NCBI GenBank assembly: GCA_964596115.1
Contig: CAZQRW010000004.1
Location: 4,500 to 64,326 of the forward strand
Source: an uncultured bacterium
GTDB taxonomy: Bacteria > Hydrothermota > UBA3072 > B12-G15
Direction of reading: 5' to 3'
DNA: 59,827 nucleotides
Notes under the pieces: generated by a model
What the model saw: the letters and a program-made list of their open reading frames with translations, nothing else
Databases searched by the model: none
What the model was told of the DNA's origin: nothing
Position numbers and translations under genes: made by a program
Shown here: piece by piece, positions 27,737 to 38,180 of the stretch
Layout: each line of letters begins with the position of its first letter
Position numbering within the stretch: position 1 is the stretch's first letter

Positions 27737-28887
27737 ATTCTCACCCCCTTAAATATTATATCGGAACGGGGACTATCCATTTTATCAACATCTTCTACCA
27801 TCTGAATAATGTCTCTGACACCAACATCTCTCCCACCAAGGCCAGTAACTATACCAAATATCGGAGGCCTATTTGAGACATTATACATCGCAGCCTTTAC
27901 TTCCTGATAAAAAATCCCACTTGCCCCGAAGGATATATTCCTATCAATTACCATAGCCTTTTTAACAGAGCTTACTATTTCTCTTACCCTTTCTACGGGG
28001 AAAGGTCTAAAAACCCTGATCCTTAAGATACCTATTTTCATCCCTCTCTCCCTTAACCTGTCAACGGCAACCCTTGCAGTACTGGCTATCGTTGCGCTGG
28101 AGATAATAAGAAAATCTGCATCGTCAGCCTTATATGTTTCAACCAGCCCATATTCTCTTCCAAACATCTCTCCAAATTCTTTACCAGTTTTTTCCCACTC
28201 AGATTTTGCCTGTTCCATTGCGTCCTGCATTATATACCTCAGTTCAAAATAACCATCTGGTCCTGTAAGCCCACCAAAGGCATGAGGATCTTCAGGATCC
28301 AGTTTATATTCAGGCTTAAATGGTGGAAGGTAAGTATCTACCATTTCCTGTTCGGGCATATCTACAACTTCCATTGTATGGGAAAGAACAAAGGCATCAA
28401 GTATAACCATCGTTGGAAGCAAAATTCTTTCAGAAACCTTGTATGCCTGAATAACAGAATCAAGAACCTCCTGGTTATTCTGACAGTAAACCTGCATCCA
28501 TCCTGTATCCCTCTCAGAGAGAGAATCATTCTGATCTGTCCAGATTGTCCAGGGAGGTGTCATTGCCCTATTGATATTAGCCATAACAACGGGTGTCCTT
28601 GCACCTGATGCCCAGTGTAACATCTCATGCATCAGTGCAAGTCCCTGAGCAGAGGTTGCTGTAAATGCCCTCGCTCCTGTCATAGAAGCACCTATACAGG
28701 CAGCCATTGCAGAATGCTCTGATTCTACCTTTATAAATTTTGCATCAAGTTTTTTTTCTGCACATATCTCAGATAATAATTCTACGACCTGTGTCTGGGG
28801 AGTAATTGGGTATGCAGCAATTACCTGAACCCTTGAAAGTGTAGCACCCCAGGAAACTGCGTGATTCCCCATCAAAACCTGTCTCAT
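27733..28887 (-). CDS. porA: 2-oxoacid:ferredoxin oxidoreductase alpha subunit
   Basis: AYPITPQT; ESEHSAM; TATSAQGL. Confidence 0.93.
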   Translation of the reverse strand: MRQVLMGNHAVSWGATLSRVQVIAAYPITPQTQVVELLSEICAEKKLDAKFIKVESEHSAMAACIGASMTGARAFTATSAQGLALMHEMLHWASGARTPVVMANINRAMTPPWTIWTDQNDSLSERDTGWMQVYCQNNQEVLDSVIQAYKVSERILLPTMVILDAFVLSHTMEVVDMPEQEMVDTYLPPFKPEYKLDPEDPHAFGGLTGPDGYFELRYIMQDAMEQAKSEWEKTGKEFGEMFGREYGLVETYKADDADFLIISSATIASTARVAVDRLRERGMKIGILRIRVFRPFPVERVREIVSSVKKAMVIDRNISFGASGIFYQEVKAAMYNVSNRPPIFGIVTGLGGRDVGVRDIIQMVEDVDKMDSPRSDIIFKGVRI

Positions 28888-29207
28888 TTCTCCTCCTCTT
28901 CTATATCAATGGCATCTACAGGACATTCATTCCAGCATATTCCGCATCCCTTACAATAATCGTAATTTATAACTGGATTTGGCTTTTCTTTCCCGTCTAT
29001 CACTATCGGCTCAAGGGTAATCGCAGGCTCAGGACAATACTTCCAGCAGATCATACAGTATATACATTTATCATAATTAATCACTGGCTTCAAATTTCTC
29101 CACGTGCCTGTCTTATTATAAGACATATCATAGAGAGAAACAGGCATTACTGGCATCTCTTTAACCGATTTAAAGATTACCTTCTTATCAGGCTGCTTTT
29201 TCTCCAT
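28884..29207 (-). CDS. porD: 2-oxoacid:ferredoxin oxidoreductase delta subunit (2x[4Fe-4S])
   Basis: CIYCMICWKYCP and CKGCGICWNECP; ATG at 29207 after AGGAGG. Confidence 0.93.
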   Translation of the reverse strand: MEKKQPDKKVIFKSVKEMPVMPVSLYDMSYNKTGTWRNLKPVINYDKCIYCMICWKYCPEPAITLEPIVIDGKEKPNPVINYDYCKGCGICWNECPVDAIDIEEEEK

Positions 29208-29761
29208 CAATCGCCTCCTTTTGTCTTTTCATAGGCCTCTCTTGCAGCAGCTACATTTTCCTCTTTTTTTACAGGGGCCTGCTCCCTTACGGCCTCTTCA
29301 AGGGATTTAAGGGAACAAACTTTTAGAACCTTCACAACAGCCCCTAAGATAGCGGTATTTACAATTGGGGCTGTTTTTGAACCAAGCCTGTGGTTCACAG
29401 CAATAGATGTTGCGTCAATAGTTACTATTCTATAATTACCCTTAATAGGAACATTTTTCGGTTCCCTCTCTGTATTGATTATAACCCATCCACCTTCCTT
29501 CAAACCGTCTGTGACATTTACGGCATTCAGTAAGGTAGGGTCAAGAACAACGATGTGATCAGGTTCATATATCTTCGATTTTTCGTATATCTGATCATCG
29601 TTAATCCTTATAAATGCAGCGACAGGTGCCCCTCTTCTCTCAACTCCAAATTCAGGAAATGCCTGCACATACTTCCCTTCTTTGGCAACAGCCACAGCAA
29701 GAATTTTAGACGCAACAACAGAACCCTGGCCACCTCTACCATGAAACCTAATTTCTTCCAT
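29207..29761 (-). CDS. porC: 2-oxoacid:ferredoxin oxidoreductase gamma subunit
   Basis: EIRFHGRGGQG; FGVERRGAPV; IVNTAILGA. Confidence 0.93.
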   Translation of the reverse strand: MEEIRFHGRGGQGSVVASKILAVAVAKEGKYVQAFPEFGVERRGAPVAAFIRINDDQIYEKSKIYEPDHIVVLDPTLLNAVNVTDGLKEGGWVIINTEREPKNVPIKGNYRIVTIDATSIAVNHRLGSKTAPIVNTAILGAVVKVLKVCSLKSLEEAVREQAPVKKEENVAAAREAYEKTKGGD

Positions 29762-29773
29762 AACTCCTCCTTT

Positions 29774-30754
29774 TTACCATTTCAGTACCGCGGCACCCCA
29801 GGTAAATCCACCGCCAAATGCATCAAAAAGAACAATATCTCCCTTTTTAACCTTACCATTTCTTACAGCTTCATCAAGGGCTATAGGAATAGTCGCTGCT
29901 GAAACATTTGCAGTATGGTCAATTGTAATAAATGTATTTTCTTTTGGAATGCCAGCTCTTTCTCGCGTTGCCTCAATTATTCTTAAATTTGCTTGATGAG
30001 GAATGAAAATGTCAACATCCTTTCCCTCTATACCAGCTTTTTTTAATGCCTCTACGGCTGCCATTTGCATAGAACGAACTGCACTCTTAAAGACTTCATT
30101 ACCTGCCATAAATACCGTATGAAGCTTTTTTTCCACAGTTTCTTTTGAAGCTGGCATTCTTGACCCTCCTGCAGGTTGAACAAGTAAGTCCCCAAGATTC
30201 CCATCAGCACCCCAATATGTTGAAAGAATTCCTGAATCATCCTCACTTTCTTCCAACACTGCGCACCCAGCACCGTCACCAAAGAGGACACAGGTAGAAC
30301 GGTCTTCCCAATTTACTGCCCTCGACATCGTCTCTCCACCACAAAGAAGAATCCTTCTTACATTTTTGGATTCTATAAGGCCCTTCGAAATCACAAGTCC
30401 GTATAACCATCCAGAACAACCAGCCTCCATATCAAATGCGGCCTGTCCCTTTGTATTCAAGTGTTTTTGCACCCAGCAAGCAGTGGATGGATAGGCATTA
30501 TCTGGTGTATCGGTAGCCACGATAATGGCATCTATATCTTCAATACTTTTCTCAGCCATTTCCAAGGCATTTATTGCTGCCTTTGCTACCATATCGCTTG
30601 TTGCTTCGTTATCGGCAGCTATGTGCCTTTCAACTATTCCTGTCCTCGTTCTAATCCATTCATCACTTGTATCCACTATTTTCTCAAGATCAAAGTTCGT
30701 TAAGATCTTTTCAGGAAGATACGAACCAATTCCAGTTATTCTTACCCTTTTCAT
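29774..30754 (-). CDS. fabH: Beta-ketoacyl-ACP synthase III
   Basis: DTSDEWIRTRTGI; AGCSG (catalytic Cys); PHQAN; ANVSAATIP; AFGGGFTWG. Confidence 0.95.
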   Translation of the reverse strand: MKRVRITGIGSYLPEKILTNFDLEKIVDTSDEWIRTRTGIVERHIAADNEATSDMVAKAAINALEMAEKSIEDIDAIIVATDTPDNAYPSTACWVQKHLNTKGQAAFDMEAGCSGWLYGLVISKGLIESKNVRRILLCGGETMSRAVNWEDRSTCVLFGDGAGCAVLEESEDDSGILSTYWGADGNLGDLLVQPAGGSRMPASKETVEKKLHTVFMAGNEVFKSAVRSMQMAAVEALKKAGIEGKDVDIFIPHQANLRIIEATRERAGIPKENTFITIDHTANVSAATIPIALDEAVRNGKVKKGDIVLFDAFGGGFTWGAAVLKW

Positions 30755-31665
30755 TTCTTACCTGCCATAACTGCGGCTAATGCTATTGAATAGAATTTTG
30801 ACTCTTCGCTGTCAGCCCTTGAAGTTAAGACACAAGGTACTGTTGCTCCTGTAACCATTGCAGCAAGACGACCATGCGCAAATTTTGTTATAGATTTAAA
30901 AAATACATTACTCGCCTCAATATTTGGAAACACAAGGATATCTGCATCCCCACCAACAGGGCTTTTTAATCCCTTTATTTCGCAGGCTTCTTTTGAAACC
31001 GCTACATCAAGGGCAAGTGGACCGTCTACAATAGCCCCCCTTAACTGTTTTCTATCAGCCATCTTTGCTATGATGGCTGCATCTATTGTCGCCTCCATTC
31101 TATTACTAACCTTTTCTGTTGCAGCAACAATAGCAGCCTTCGGATTATCAATTCCAAACTTATGTGCAACATCTATTGCATAATTTAACATTGTGATCTT
31201 TTGTTTAAGATCTGGCTTAGGGATTACAGCAACATCTGTTACAAAAAGTAATTTTGGATATGCAGAGGTTTCCATAATTGCAATATGGCTCAAGATCTTT
31301 CCAGGGGGAAGCAGCCCATGCTCCTTATCCAGGATAAGTTTCATATAAACATCTGTAGGAAGGAGACCCTTCATAAGCACCTCGGCTTCACCCTTCTTTA
31401 CCAGATCTCTGGCAACCCTTCCTGCTTCTACTGGTTCTTTAATATCAATAATCTCAAATATTGATGAATCAATCCCCTTTTCTTTAGACAGTTCTATTAT
31501 CTTATCCCTATCACCGACAAGTTTTGCGTGGACAAGACCTTCCTTTACTCCCCTGTGAACTGCCTCTATCGTATGAGGATCCTGACCATTTGCAACAGAA
31601 AGTGTCATAGTCTCTCTGCCTTTAACATGCTCAACAAGTTGATTTAGTGTCCTAATTGGTTCCAT
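30751..31665 (-). CDS. ptb: Phosphate butyryltransferase (branched/short-chain phosphate acyltransferase)
   Basis: LMKG; TDVAVIP; DGPLALDVA; GDADILVFPNIE; LTSRADS. Confidence 0.92.
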   Translation of the reverse strand: MEPIRTLNQLVEHVKGRETMTLSVANGQDPHTIEAVHRGVKEGLVHAKLVGDRDKIIELSKEKGIDSSIFEIIDIKEPVEAGRVARDLVKKGEAEVLMKGLLPTDVYMKLILDKEHGLLPPGKILSHIAIMETSAYPKLLFVTDVAVIPKPDLKQKITMLNYAIDVAHKFGIDNPKAAIVAATEKVSNRMEATIDAAIIAKMADRKQLRGAIVDGPLALDVAVSKEACEIKGLKSPVGGDADILVFPNIEASNVFFKSITKFAHGRLAAMVTGATVPCVLTSRADSEESKFYSIALAAVMAGKK

Positions 31666-31676
31666 TTTCTTTCCTC

Positions 31677-32744
31677 CTAATATTCTTTTGGTTTTTCTTC
31701 ATTTTTTAATACCCTTAACGCTCCAAATGCAAGGGCTTCCATTTCATCTTCTCCCGGACAAACGATTACCTTTGATATATATTCAACCTTCCTCTTTATC
31801 TCATCAACAAGGTATTTATAATGAGCAAGCCCACCCGTAAGAATAATAGCGTCCACCCTACCCTCGAGAACTGCTCCCAACCCTCCAATTTCCTTGGATA
31901 TTTGATATACCATTCCATCAACTATTTTTTTCGCCTCCCCATCACCATCATCAATTCTACTTGCAACCTCCTTCATATCGCTAGTGCCAAGGTAAGCAAC
32001 AACACCACCCTTACCAGCACACAGCTTTTTCAGCTCGTCTTTTGAATATTTACCTGAGAGTGTCAGTTCTATTGTATCCCATACGGGTAAACCACCAGCT
32101 CTTTCTGGGGCAAAAGGGCCATCCCCATTAAGCGCATTATTTACGTCTACTACTTTTCCCCTCCTATGGGCTGCAACAGAAACTCCACCACCCAAATGGG
32201 CTATTATAAAATTCATATCCTCATAACTTTTATTAAAATATTCTTTCGCTATTTTTCTTCCCACTGCTTTGTGATTTAGGGCATGAAAGATACTACGCCT
32301 TGTGATCACTGGTAACCCTGAGAGTTTTGCAAGCTCATCCATCTCGTCCACAACCACAGGATCGACTATGAAGGATGGAATACCAAGGGGATGAGCAATC
32401 TCATATGCAATAATTCCTCCCAGGTTTGAGGCATGTTCACCCTGAAGCCCTTGTTCCAAATCCCGCAACATTTGCTCATTTACAGTGTACGTTCCGCTGG
32501 CAATGGGACGTAAGAGTCCACCCCTCCCCACTACTGCTGAAAGTCTACTTATGTCAAATTTTTTTTCTTTTAATAACTTCAAAATTATGTCTTTTCTAAC
32601 ATCTTTCTGGTCAACTATTCTATGAAACTGAGAGATTTGCTCTGTAGAATGGGGAATATTCTGAACAAAAATCTTTTTTGTATCGGAAAACCAACCGATT
32701 TTGGTAGAGGTAGAGCCAGGATTCACAACAAGTATTTCAAACAT
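31677..32744 (-). CDS. buk: Butyrate kinase
   Basis: NPGSTSTK; VGRGGLL; HASNLG; FHALN; HLGGG; PGEDEMEAL. Confidence 0.95.
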   Translation of the reverse strand: MFEILVVNPGSTSTKIGWFSDTKKIFVQNIPHSTEQISQFHRIVDQKDVRKDIILKLLKEKKFDISRLSAVVGRGGLLRPIASGTYTVNEQMLRDLEQGLQGEHASNLGGIIAYEIAHPLGIPSFIVDPVVVDEMDELAKLSGLPVITRRSIFHALNHKAVGRKIAKEYFNKSYEDMNFIIAHLGGGVSVAAHRRGKVVDVNNALNGDGPFAPERAGGLPVWDTIELTLSGKYSKDELKKLCAGKGGVVAYLGTSDMKEVASRIDDGDGEAKKIVDGMVYQISKEIGGLGAVLEGRVDAIILTGGLAHYKYLVDEIKRKVEYISKVIVCPGEDEMEALAFGALRVLKNEEKPKEY

Positions 32745-32778
32745 TTTACCTCCTTTGTCTTTTCAATTTAATGCTATA

Positions 32779-32806
32779 ATCTTATTCGCATTTTTCAATT
32801 TGTCAA
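32779..32806 (-). promoter_or_regulatory. Promoter TTGACA-N16-TAAGAT for the buk operon
   Basis: Hexamers read directly; leader with GGAGG SD. Confidence 0.65.
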
Positions 32807-32944
32807 CAATTAGAGAATTTTTTCTCAAACTTTTGAGTAAATTTTTTGGGGGGGTAGAGCAACATTCCGGATTGAAAATCAGTGGAAAAACTGATAGAAA
32901 AGCCCTGAGAAAATTTAAATTATTTTAAGATTTTATTGGGTTAA

Positions 32945-33871
32945 TCATAGATTCCTGCCTGGAAAACTTTCATGGAAATACGGTCTCCATTCATTTGGAT
33001 GAGATGAATAAACGATTATTTTTATACCTTCTCTTCCTTCAATAATTATCTTACCCTTCTCCAGTCTAATATGGGATTCTGACAGGTCTACACCATAGTA
33101 TTTTTTCCTAAAAGAGTAGATGATAAGTTCTTTGGATGTTAAAATAAGAGAACAAGGTATATTTACTGTTCTTGCTCCCTTTTTAACTGAACAATAATCA
33201 TTCTCTTCCAATTTGATTGATTCTGCTGGAATAGAAAGTGGCTTTTTCCCACCCAAATTAAAAATTAAATAGACTACGAAAAAGGTAAAAAGAAAAATCC
33301 CGGCAAGGAGAAGTACAATAAAGTATGCCGGTTGCATCATCGAAAATGGTATTTTTATCTGATCCAGTTCGCCCTTCATTTTTTCTGCATCAACCTTCCT
33401 TTTTCCTATCTTTAGATTTATAAGAAATTTATCAATAATAGACTTATATTTATCCTCTGAAGAGGAAGTATAAAGGTCAAACCAGTAAACTGCACCCTCA
33501 AATGGAAATAATACCACAATGTAATATCCCTTTCCCAAATCACTCACTCCATAAATCCCTTTCTCACCAAGAAGATCTATATTCCACACTTTATATAAGC
33601 CCTTTATTTTTTCCGAATTTTCAAGATGTAAAAAGGAACCCTCTGGATTATTTGAACGCATATAAAGCACCCTAAATTTTGCATTTATTCCCTTAAACAC
33701 AATACCCTTCCATTCATCATTAGTAAACATAGTTTTTGATAATAAAGGATAATAGGATTCTATATCAAAATACCTGGTTTTCTTAAATCGGATAGGCTTG
33801 GAGACTAAATATGCTACTACTGCCAAAATAACAACATCTATTAAAAAAATTAGACCGAGGATCCTCTTCAT
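32945..33871 (-). CDS. Hypothetical membrane protein (two predicted TM helices)
   Basis: 308-aa ORF; ATG directly abuts the secA TAG; hydrophobic N-terminal and sub-terminal segments. Confidence 0.75.
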   Translation of the reverse strand: MKRILGLIFLIDVVILAVVAYLVSKPIRFKKTRYFDIESYYPLLSKTMFTNDEWKGIVFKGINAKFRVLYMRSNNPEGSFLHLENSEKIKGLYKVWNIDLLGEKGIYGVSDLGKGYYIVVLFPFEGAVYWFDLYTSSSEDKYKSIIDKFLINLKIGKRKVDAEKMKGELDQIKIPFSMMQPAYFIVLLLAGIFLFTFFVVYLIFNLGGKKPLSIPAESIKLEENDYCSVKKGARTVNIPCSLILTSKELIIYSFRKKYYGVDLSESHIRLEKGKIIIEGREGIKIIVYSSHPNEWRPYFHESFPGRNL

Positions 33872-36800
33872 CTACAAATTTCTCCCATGACACTTTTTAA
33901 ATTTTTTACCACTACCGCAGGGACACGGGGCATTTCTACCAATATCCTTTATCGCTTTTATTTTGCCCTCTTTTTTCATTCTATTTACAGCCTCAGCAAA
34001 TTTCCTGTCAAGAACTGCATCCCCAATGGTTGGCATCTTCTCCTGGGGGGATAGAGTTTTTTTACTCCCTTTTGCCTGGAGATTTTTTTCTTCAGGGCCT
34101 CCCCCCTTAAACTCTTCCTTCTGTGCAACTCCCGCTACTTCCTGTGGAAGTTGTACAGCCTCTGGTCTGAATCTAAACATATATTTTACTACTTCCTTTG
34201 ATATGTTGAACATCAACTCTTCAAACATACCAAATGCTTCTCTTTTATACTCTACGAGTGGATCTTTTTGTGCATAACTCCTCAAAGATATCCCTTCCTT
34301 CAGGGCATCAAGTTCATAGAGGTGATGTCTCCAGTTTGTATCAATTACCTGAAGCATTATGAGTCTTTCGTATTCTCTCATCCTTTCAGAAGAAACAATT
34401 TGCTCTTTTTCTTCATATCTTTTCTTTATTAAATCCAAAAGTTTCTCTTCAAATTCCTGTTTTTTTATTCCACTTTTTTCATTTTCAGGTATACTTAAAT
34501 CAACAAGGAAATACTCAATTGTATCCGCCCTCAGACCTTCCCAATCCCAAGATTCTGCGTAATTGCCTCCTGTATAGGAATCAAAGATATCATAAAAAAC
34601 ATCTTCCATCATTTCCATTACCCTTTCCTTTAAATCCTTACCATCCAGTATCTCATTTCTTAACGAATATATTACTTCCCTCTGTTTATTCATAACGTCG
34701 TCATACTCAAGAAGCCTCTTCCTTATATCAAAATTATACCTTTCAACTCTCTTTTGGGCATTTTCTATCGCCTTAGAAATAAGAGGGTGCTTAATAGGTT
34801 CCCCTTCTTTTATTCCCATTCTATCCATTGCATGTGATATTCGCTCCGTTGCAAATAATCTCATAAGATCATCCTCAAGGGAAACAAAAAAACGAGATGC
34901 ACCTGGGTCTCCCTGCCTTCCTGCCCTTCCTCTTAACTGATTATCAATTCTCCTTGCTTCATGCCTTTCTGTACCTATTATGTGAAGGCCACAAGGCATA
35001 TTCTCCTCACATTTCTTTGGATCATCTACCTTACATTGTGAGAGAAACCATTCTATCTTCTTAACCTCTTCCTGGGATTGAGCCCTTCTGAAGGCCTCAT
35101 CCTTCTTCAGACAACAAAGAGGACATTTAACAACACCTTCCCCAAGTTTTATATCTGTACCCCTTCCTGCCATATTTGTTGCAATCGTAACTTTACCCTT
35201 TTCTCCTGCATGGGAAATAATCTCCGCCTCCATCTTGTGATACTTCGCATTAAGAACCTGGTGCGGTATCCCCTGCCTCTTTAACATCCTTGAAAGAATT
35301 TCAGAAACATCTACAGATACGGTACCCACAAGTACAGGAATGCCTGCCTTATGTAGTCTTTCCACCTCTTTTACTACTGCATTGTACTTTTCTCTCTTTG
35401 TTCTGTATATTAAATCATCATAATCAACCCTTCTTACAGGTGCATTCGTGGGGATTACTACCACATCAATTTTATAGATCTCCCAGAACTCAGATGCCTC
35501 CGTTGCCGCAGTACCTGTCATCCCTGCAAGCTTCTCATACATTCTAAAATAGTTCTGAAGGGTTATTGTTGCAAGGGTCTGTGTTTCTCTCTCTACCTGT
35601 ACACCTTCTTTCGCTTCAAGGGCTTGATGGAGACCATCTGAGTATCTCCTTCCCGGCATTAAGCGCCCAGTAAATTCATCTACTATAATAACTTTGTTAT
35701 TTTGGACGATATACTCTACATCTTTCTCAAAAAGGGAATATGCCTTTAATAACTGCTGAATAGAATGAACTTTTTCAGATTTTTCTGCATACTCCCTTTG
35801 AATCGACTCCCTCTCAACCAATCTTTCCCTGGCGGAGAGTTTTTCGTTTTTGTCAATTCTTGAAAGTTCTGTTGATAGATCTGGCAAGACAAAGAAATCA
35901 GGATCATTTGGAGCGATAGAATTTCTTCCCATCTCTGAGATATCCACTGTATTTGCCTTTTCATCAATTGCAAAGTATAGATCTTCATCAACCTCATGCA
36001 TCTTTTTCTCTTTAAGAAATTTTGCCTCCGTTGACTCAATGAGGTCCTGAATACCTGGTTCATGCATTAACTTCATAAGCCTCTTATTCTTAGGAGCCCC
36101 TCTTTTTGCCTGAAGTAGTTTCAAACCTGCTTCCTCTGTTTTTCCTTCCTTCAATAATCTTTCTGCGTCGGCAATCATCTTATTAACAAGAAGTGTCTGT
36201 TTCCTCACAACCCTCTCTACAGCAGGTCTTAATTTATCGTAATGTTGCACAGAAACATCAACAGGGCCTGAAATAATAAGTGGGGTTCTTGCCTCATCAA
36301 TCAATACAGAGTCAACTTCATCAACAATAGCATAGTAGTGGCCTCTTTGAACCCTGTGTTCAGGCATAACAGCCATATTATCCCTTAAATAATCAAATCC
36401 AAATTCGTTGTTAGTACCATAGGTGATGTCTGCCATGTATTCCTTTCTTCTTTCCTCTGGCTCCATACCCATCTGTATCACTCCAATGGTGAGACCAAGG
36501 GTTTCGTAAACAGGACCCATCCATTCCTTATCCCTCTTGGCAAGATAATCATTGACTGTAATAAGATGACACCCTTTACCCGTTAGAGCATTCAAGTAAA
36601 GTGGCATTGTTGCAGCAAGTGTCTTACCCTCACCTGTAGCCATCTCTGCAATATTTCCCTGATGAAGTACAATTGCACCCATTATTTGAACATCATATGG
36701 GACCATATTCCATTCCTTTTCTAATCCTGTTACCATCCATGTTTTACCAAGAAGCCTTCTCTCCACCTCTTTTACAAGAGCAAAGGCCTCCACCATAATA

Positions 36801-36973
36801 TCGTCCAGGGGCTCGCCTTCTTTCAATCTTTGCTTAAACTCATCAGTGAGTTTTGGGATTTCCTCATCAGAGAGACCTTTGTATTGTTCAAATTGTCTAT
36901 TTATTTCTTTTACTGTAGGCCAAAGCTTCTTTAAAACCCGCTCGTTTCTTGAACCAAATATTTTAGTCAACAT
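33872..36973 (-). CDS. secA: Preprotein translocase ATPase SecA
   Basis: EMATGEGKT; DEVDSVLIDEARTPLIISG; ATNMAGRGTDI; NQLRGRAGRQGDPG; C-terminal SEC-C CPCGSGKKFKKCH. Confidence 0.98.
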   Translation of the reverse strand: MLTKIFGSRNERVLKKLWPTVKEINRQFEQYKGLSDEEIPKLTDEFKQRLKEGEPLDDIMVEAFALVKEVERRLLGKTWMVTGLEKEWNMVPYDVQIMGAIVLHQGNIAEMATGEGKTLAATMPLYLNALTGKGCHLITVNDYLAKRDKEWMGPVYETLGLTIGVIQMGMEPEERRKEYMADITYGTNNEFGFDYLRDNMAVMPEHRVQRGHYYAIVDEVDSVLIDEARTPLIISGPVDVSVQHYDKLRPAVERVVRKQTLLVNKMIADAERLLKEGKTEEAGLKLLQAKRGAPKNKRLMKLMHEPGIQDLIESTEAKFLKEKKMHEVDEDLYFAIDEKANTVDISEMGRNSIAPNDPDFFVLPDLSTELSRIDKNEKLSARERLVERESIQREYAEKSEKVHSIQQLLKAYSLFEKDVEYIVQNNKVIIVDEFTGRLMPGRRYSDGLHQALEAKEGVQVERETQTLATITLQNYFRMYEKLAGMTGTAATEASEFWEIYKIDVVVIPTNAPVRRVDYDDLIYRTKREKYNAVVKEVERLHKAGIPVLVGTVSVDVSEILSRMLKRQGIPHQVLNAKYHKMEAEIISHAGEKGKVTIATNMAGRGTDIKLGEGVVKCPLCCLKKDEAFRRAQSQEEVKKIEWFLSQCKVDDPKKCEENMPCGLHIIGTERHEARRIDNQLRGRAGRQGDPGASRFFVSLEDDLMRLFATERISHAMDRMGIKEGEPIKHPLISKAIENAQKRVERYNFDIRKRLLEYDDVMNKQREVIYSLRNEILDGKDLKERVMEMMEDVFYDIFDSYTGGNYAESWDWEGLRADTIEYFLVDLSIPENEKSGIKKQEFEEKLLDLIKKRYEEKEQIVSSERMREYERLIMLQVIDTNWRHHLYELDALKEGISLRSYAQKDPLVEYKREAFGMFEELMFNISKEVVKYMFRFRPEAVQLPQEVAGVAQKEEFKGGGPEEKNLQAKGSKKTLSPQEKMPTIGDAVLDRKFAEAVNRMKKEGKIKAIKDIGRNAPCPCGSGKKFKKCHGRNL

Positions 36974-38180
36974 ATATAAGTTCTGTTCTCTCCTTTCCCT
37001 TTGATATTAAAGAAACCCTAACACCTAAATAATCCTGCAAAAGATTGATGAATTTCTTTAGTGGTTTGGGGGTACTAAACCAGGTTTCCGCCCCCTCAAG
37101 ATCTCCCCATCCCTCAACCTCCTTATACTCCACCTCAACTTTTTCAAATGTATCTACATTTACTGGATAGGTCTCAAGAGGGTAACCATCAAGAAGGTAG
37201 CCAACACCTATCCTTACTACATCAAGACCTGAAAGAACGTCGGCTTTGGTAAGTACGATTTCATCTACTCCATTTAGCATAACTGAATATTTTAACTGGA
37301 AAAGATCCAGCCACCCTATTCTTCTCTCTCTGCCCGTCGTAGCACCGTACTCTTTACCCCTTTCTCTTAATTCTTTGGCAAGGACTTCCTTTATTTCTGT
37401 AGGAAAAGGCCCATTGCCTACCCTTGTCGTATAAGCCTTTGCAACACCAATAACCTTATTTATGTCTTTATGAGTTAAACCAGTACCAGTAAGTGCACCA
37501 CCCAGGCTTGGATTAGAAGAGGTTACAAAGGGATAGGTTCCAAAATCAATGTCCAGCATCGTGCCCTGAGCACCCTCGAGAAGAATAGTCTTATTGGTGT
37601 CTGCAAAATGCCGTAGAAGATACACAGTATCAACGATCATATATTGTATCTTTTCAAAATACTGCTTTAATTTTGTAATTATAGTCCTCGTATCCTTTGT
37701 TTTCTGCCCAACAATTTTCCTGACATAATCCCAATTCCCAAGATCTCCCATCCTTATACCAAATCTCCCGATTTTATCCATATATGTAGGCCCAACACCC
37801 ATATGGGTAGTTCCTATTGACCTTTTCTTTTCGAGTCTTACATCCTCATTTTTGTGGTATGGTAATATTACATTGGCTCTACTGCTGATAAATATTCTCC
37901 CTGTTGTATTTATACCAAGGTATTCTACTTTTTCCAGTTCTTCAAGCAAAAGTTCAATATCTATAACACAGCCATTACCAATTACGGTTATTGTGTCGTT
38001 TCCAAATATACCTGCAGGGATGTGATGAAAAACAACCTCCTCTCCATTGAAGTAAACAGTATGCCCCGCATTTGGGCCACCCTGATATCTAACTACAATA
38101 TCAAAATTTTGAGCAAGATAATCTACTACCTTACCCTTTGCCTCATCCCCCCATTGAAGACCAAGTACCAATGTATTCAT
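36963..38180 (-). CDS. purA: Adenylosuccinate synthetase
   Basis: GLQWGDEAKGK; QGGPNAGHT; EGAQG..LDIDFGTYPFVTSS; GATTGRERRIGWLD. Confidence 0.97.
   Translation of the reverse strand: MNTLVLGLQWGDEAKGKVVDYLAQNFDIVVRYQGGPNAGHTVYFNGEEVVFHHIPAGIFGNDTITVIGNGCVIDIELLLEELEKVEYLGINTTGRIFISSRANVILPYHKNEDVRLEKKRSIGTTHMGVGPTYMDKIGRFGIRMGDLGNWDYVRKIVGQKTKDTRTIITKLKQYFEKIQYMIVDTVYLLRHFADTNKTILLEGAQGTMLDIDFGTYPFVTSSNPSLGGALTGTGLTHKDINKVIGVAKAYTTRVGNGPFPTEIKEVLAKELRERGKEYGATTGRERRIGWLDLFQLKYSVMLNGVDEIVLTKADVLSGLDVVRIGVGYLLDGYPLETYPVNVDTFEKVEVEYKEVEGWGDLEGAETWFSTPKPLKKFINLLQDYLGVRVSLISKGKERTELIYVD

Noticed and set aside
32878-32895. Hairpin ATCAGT-GGAAAA-ACTGAT as the secA operon terminator
   Set aside because: AT-rich 6-bp stem and short U-tract; too weak to call
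35746-36063. Alternative-frame ORF inside secA
   Set aside because: Fully nested in secA, with no SD and no motif
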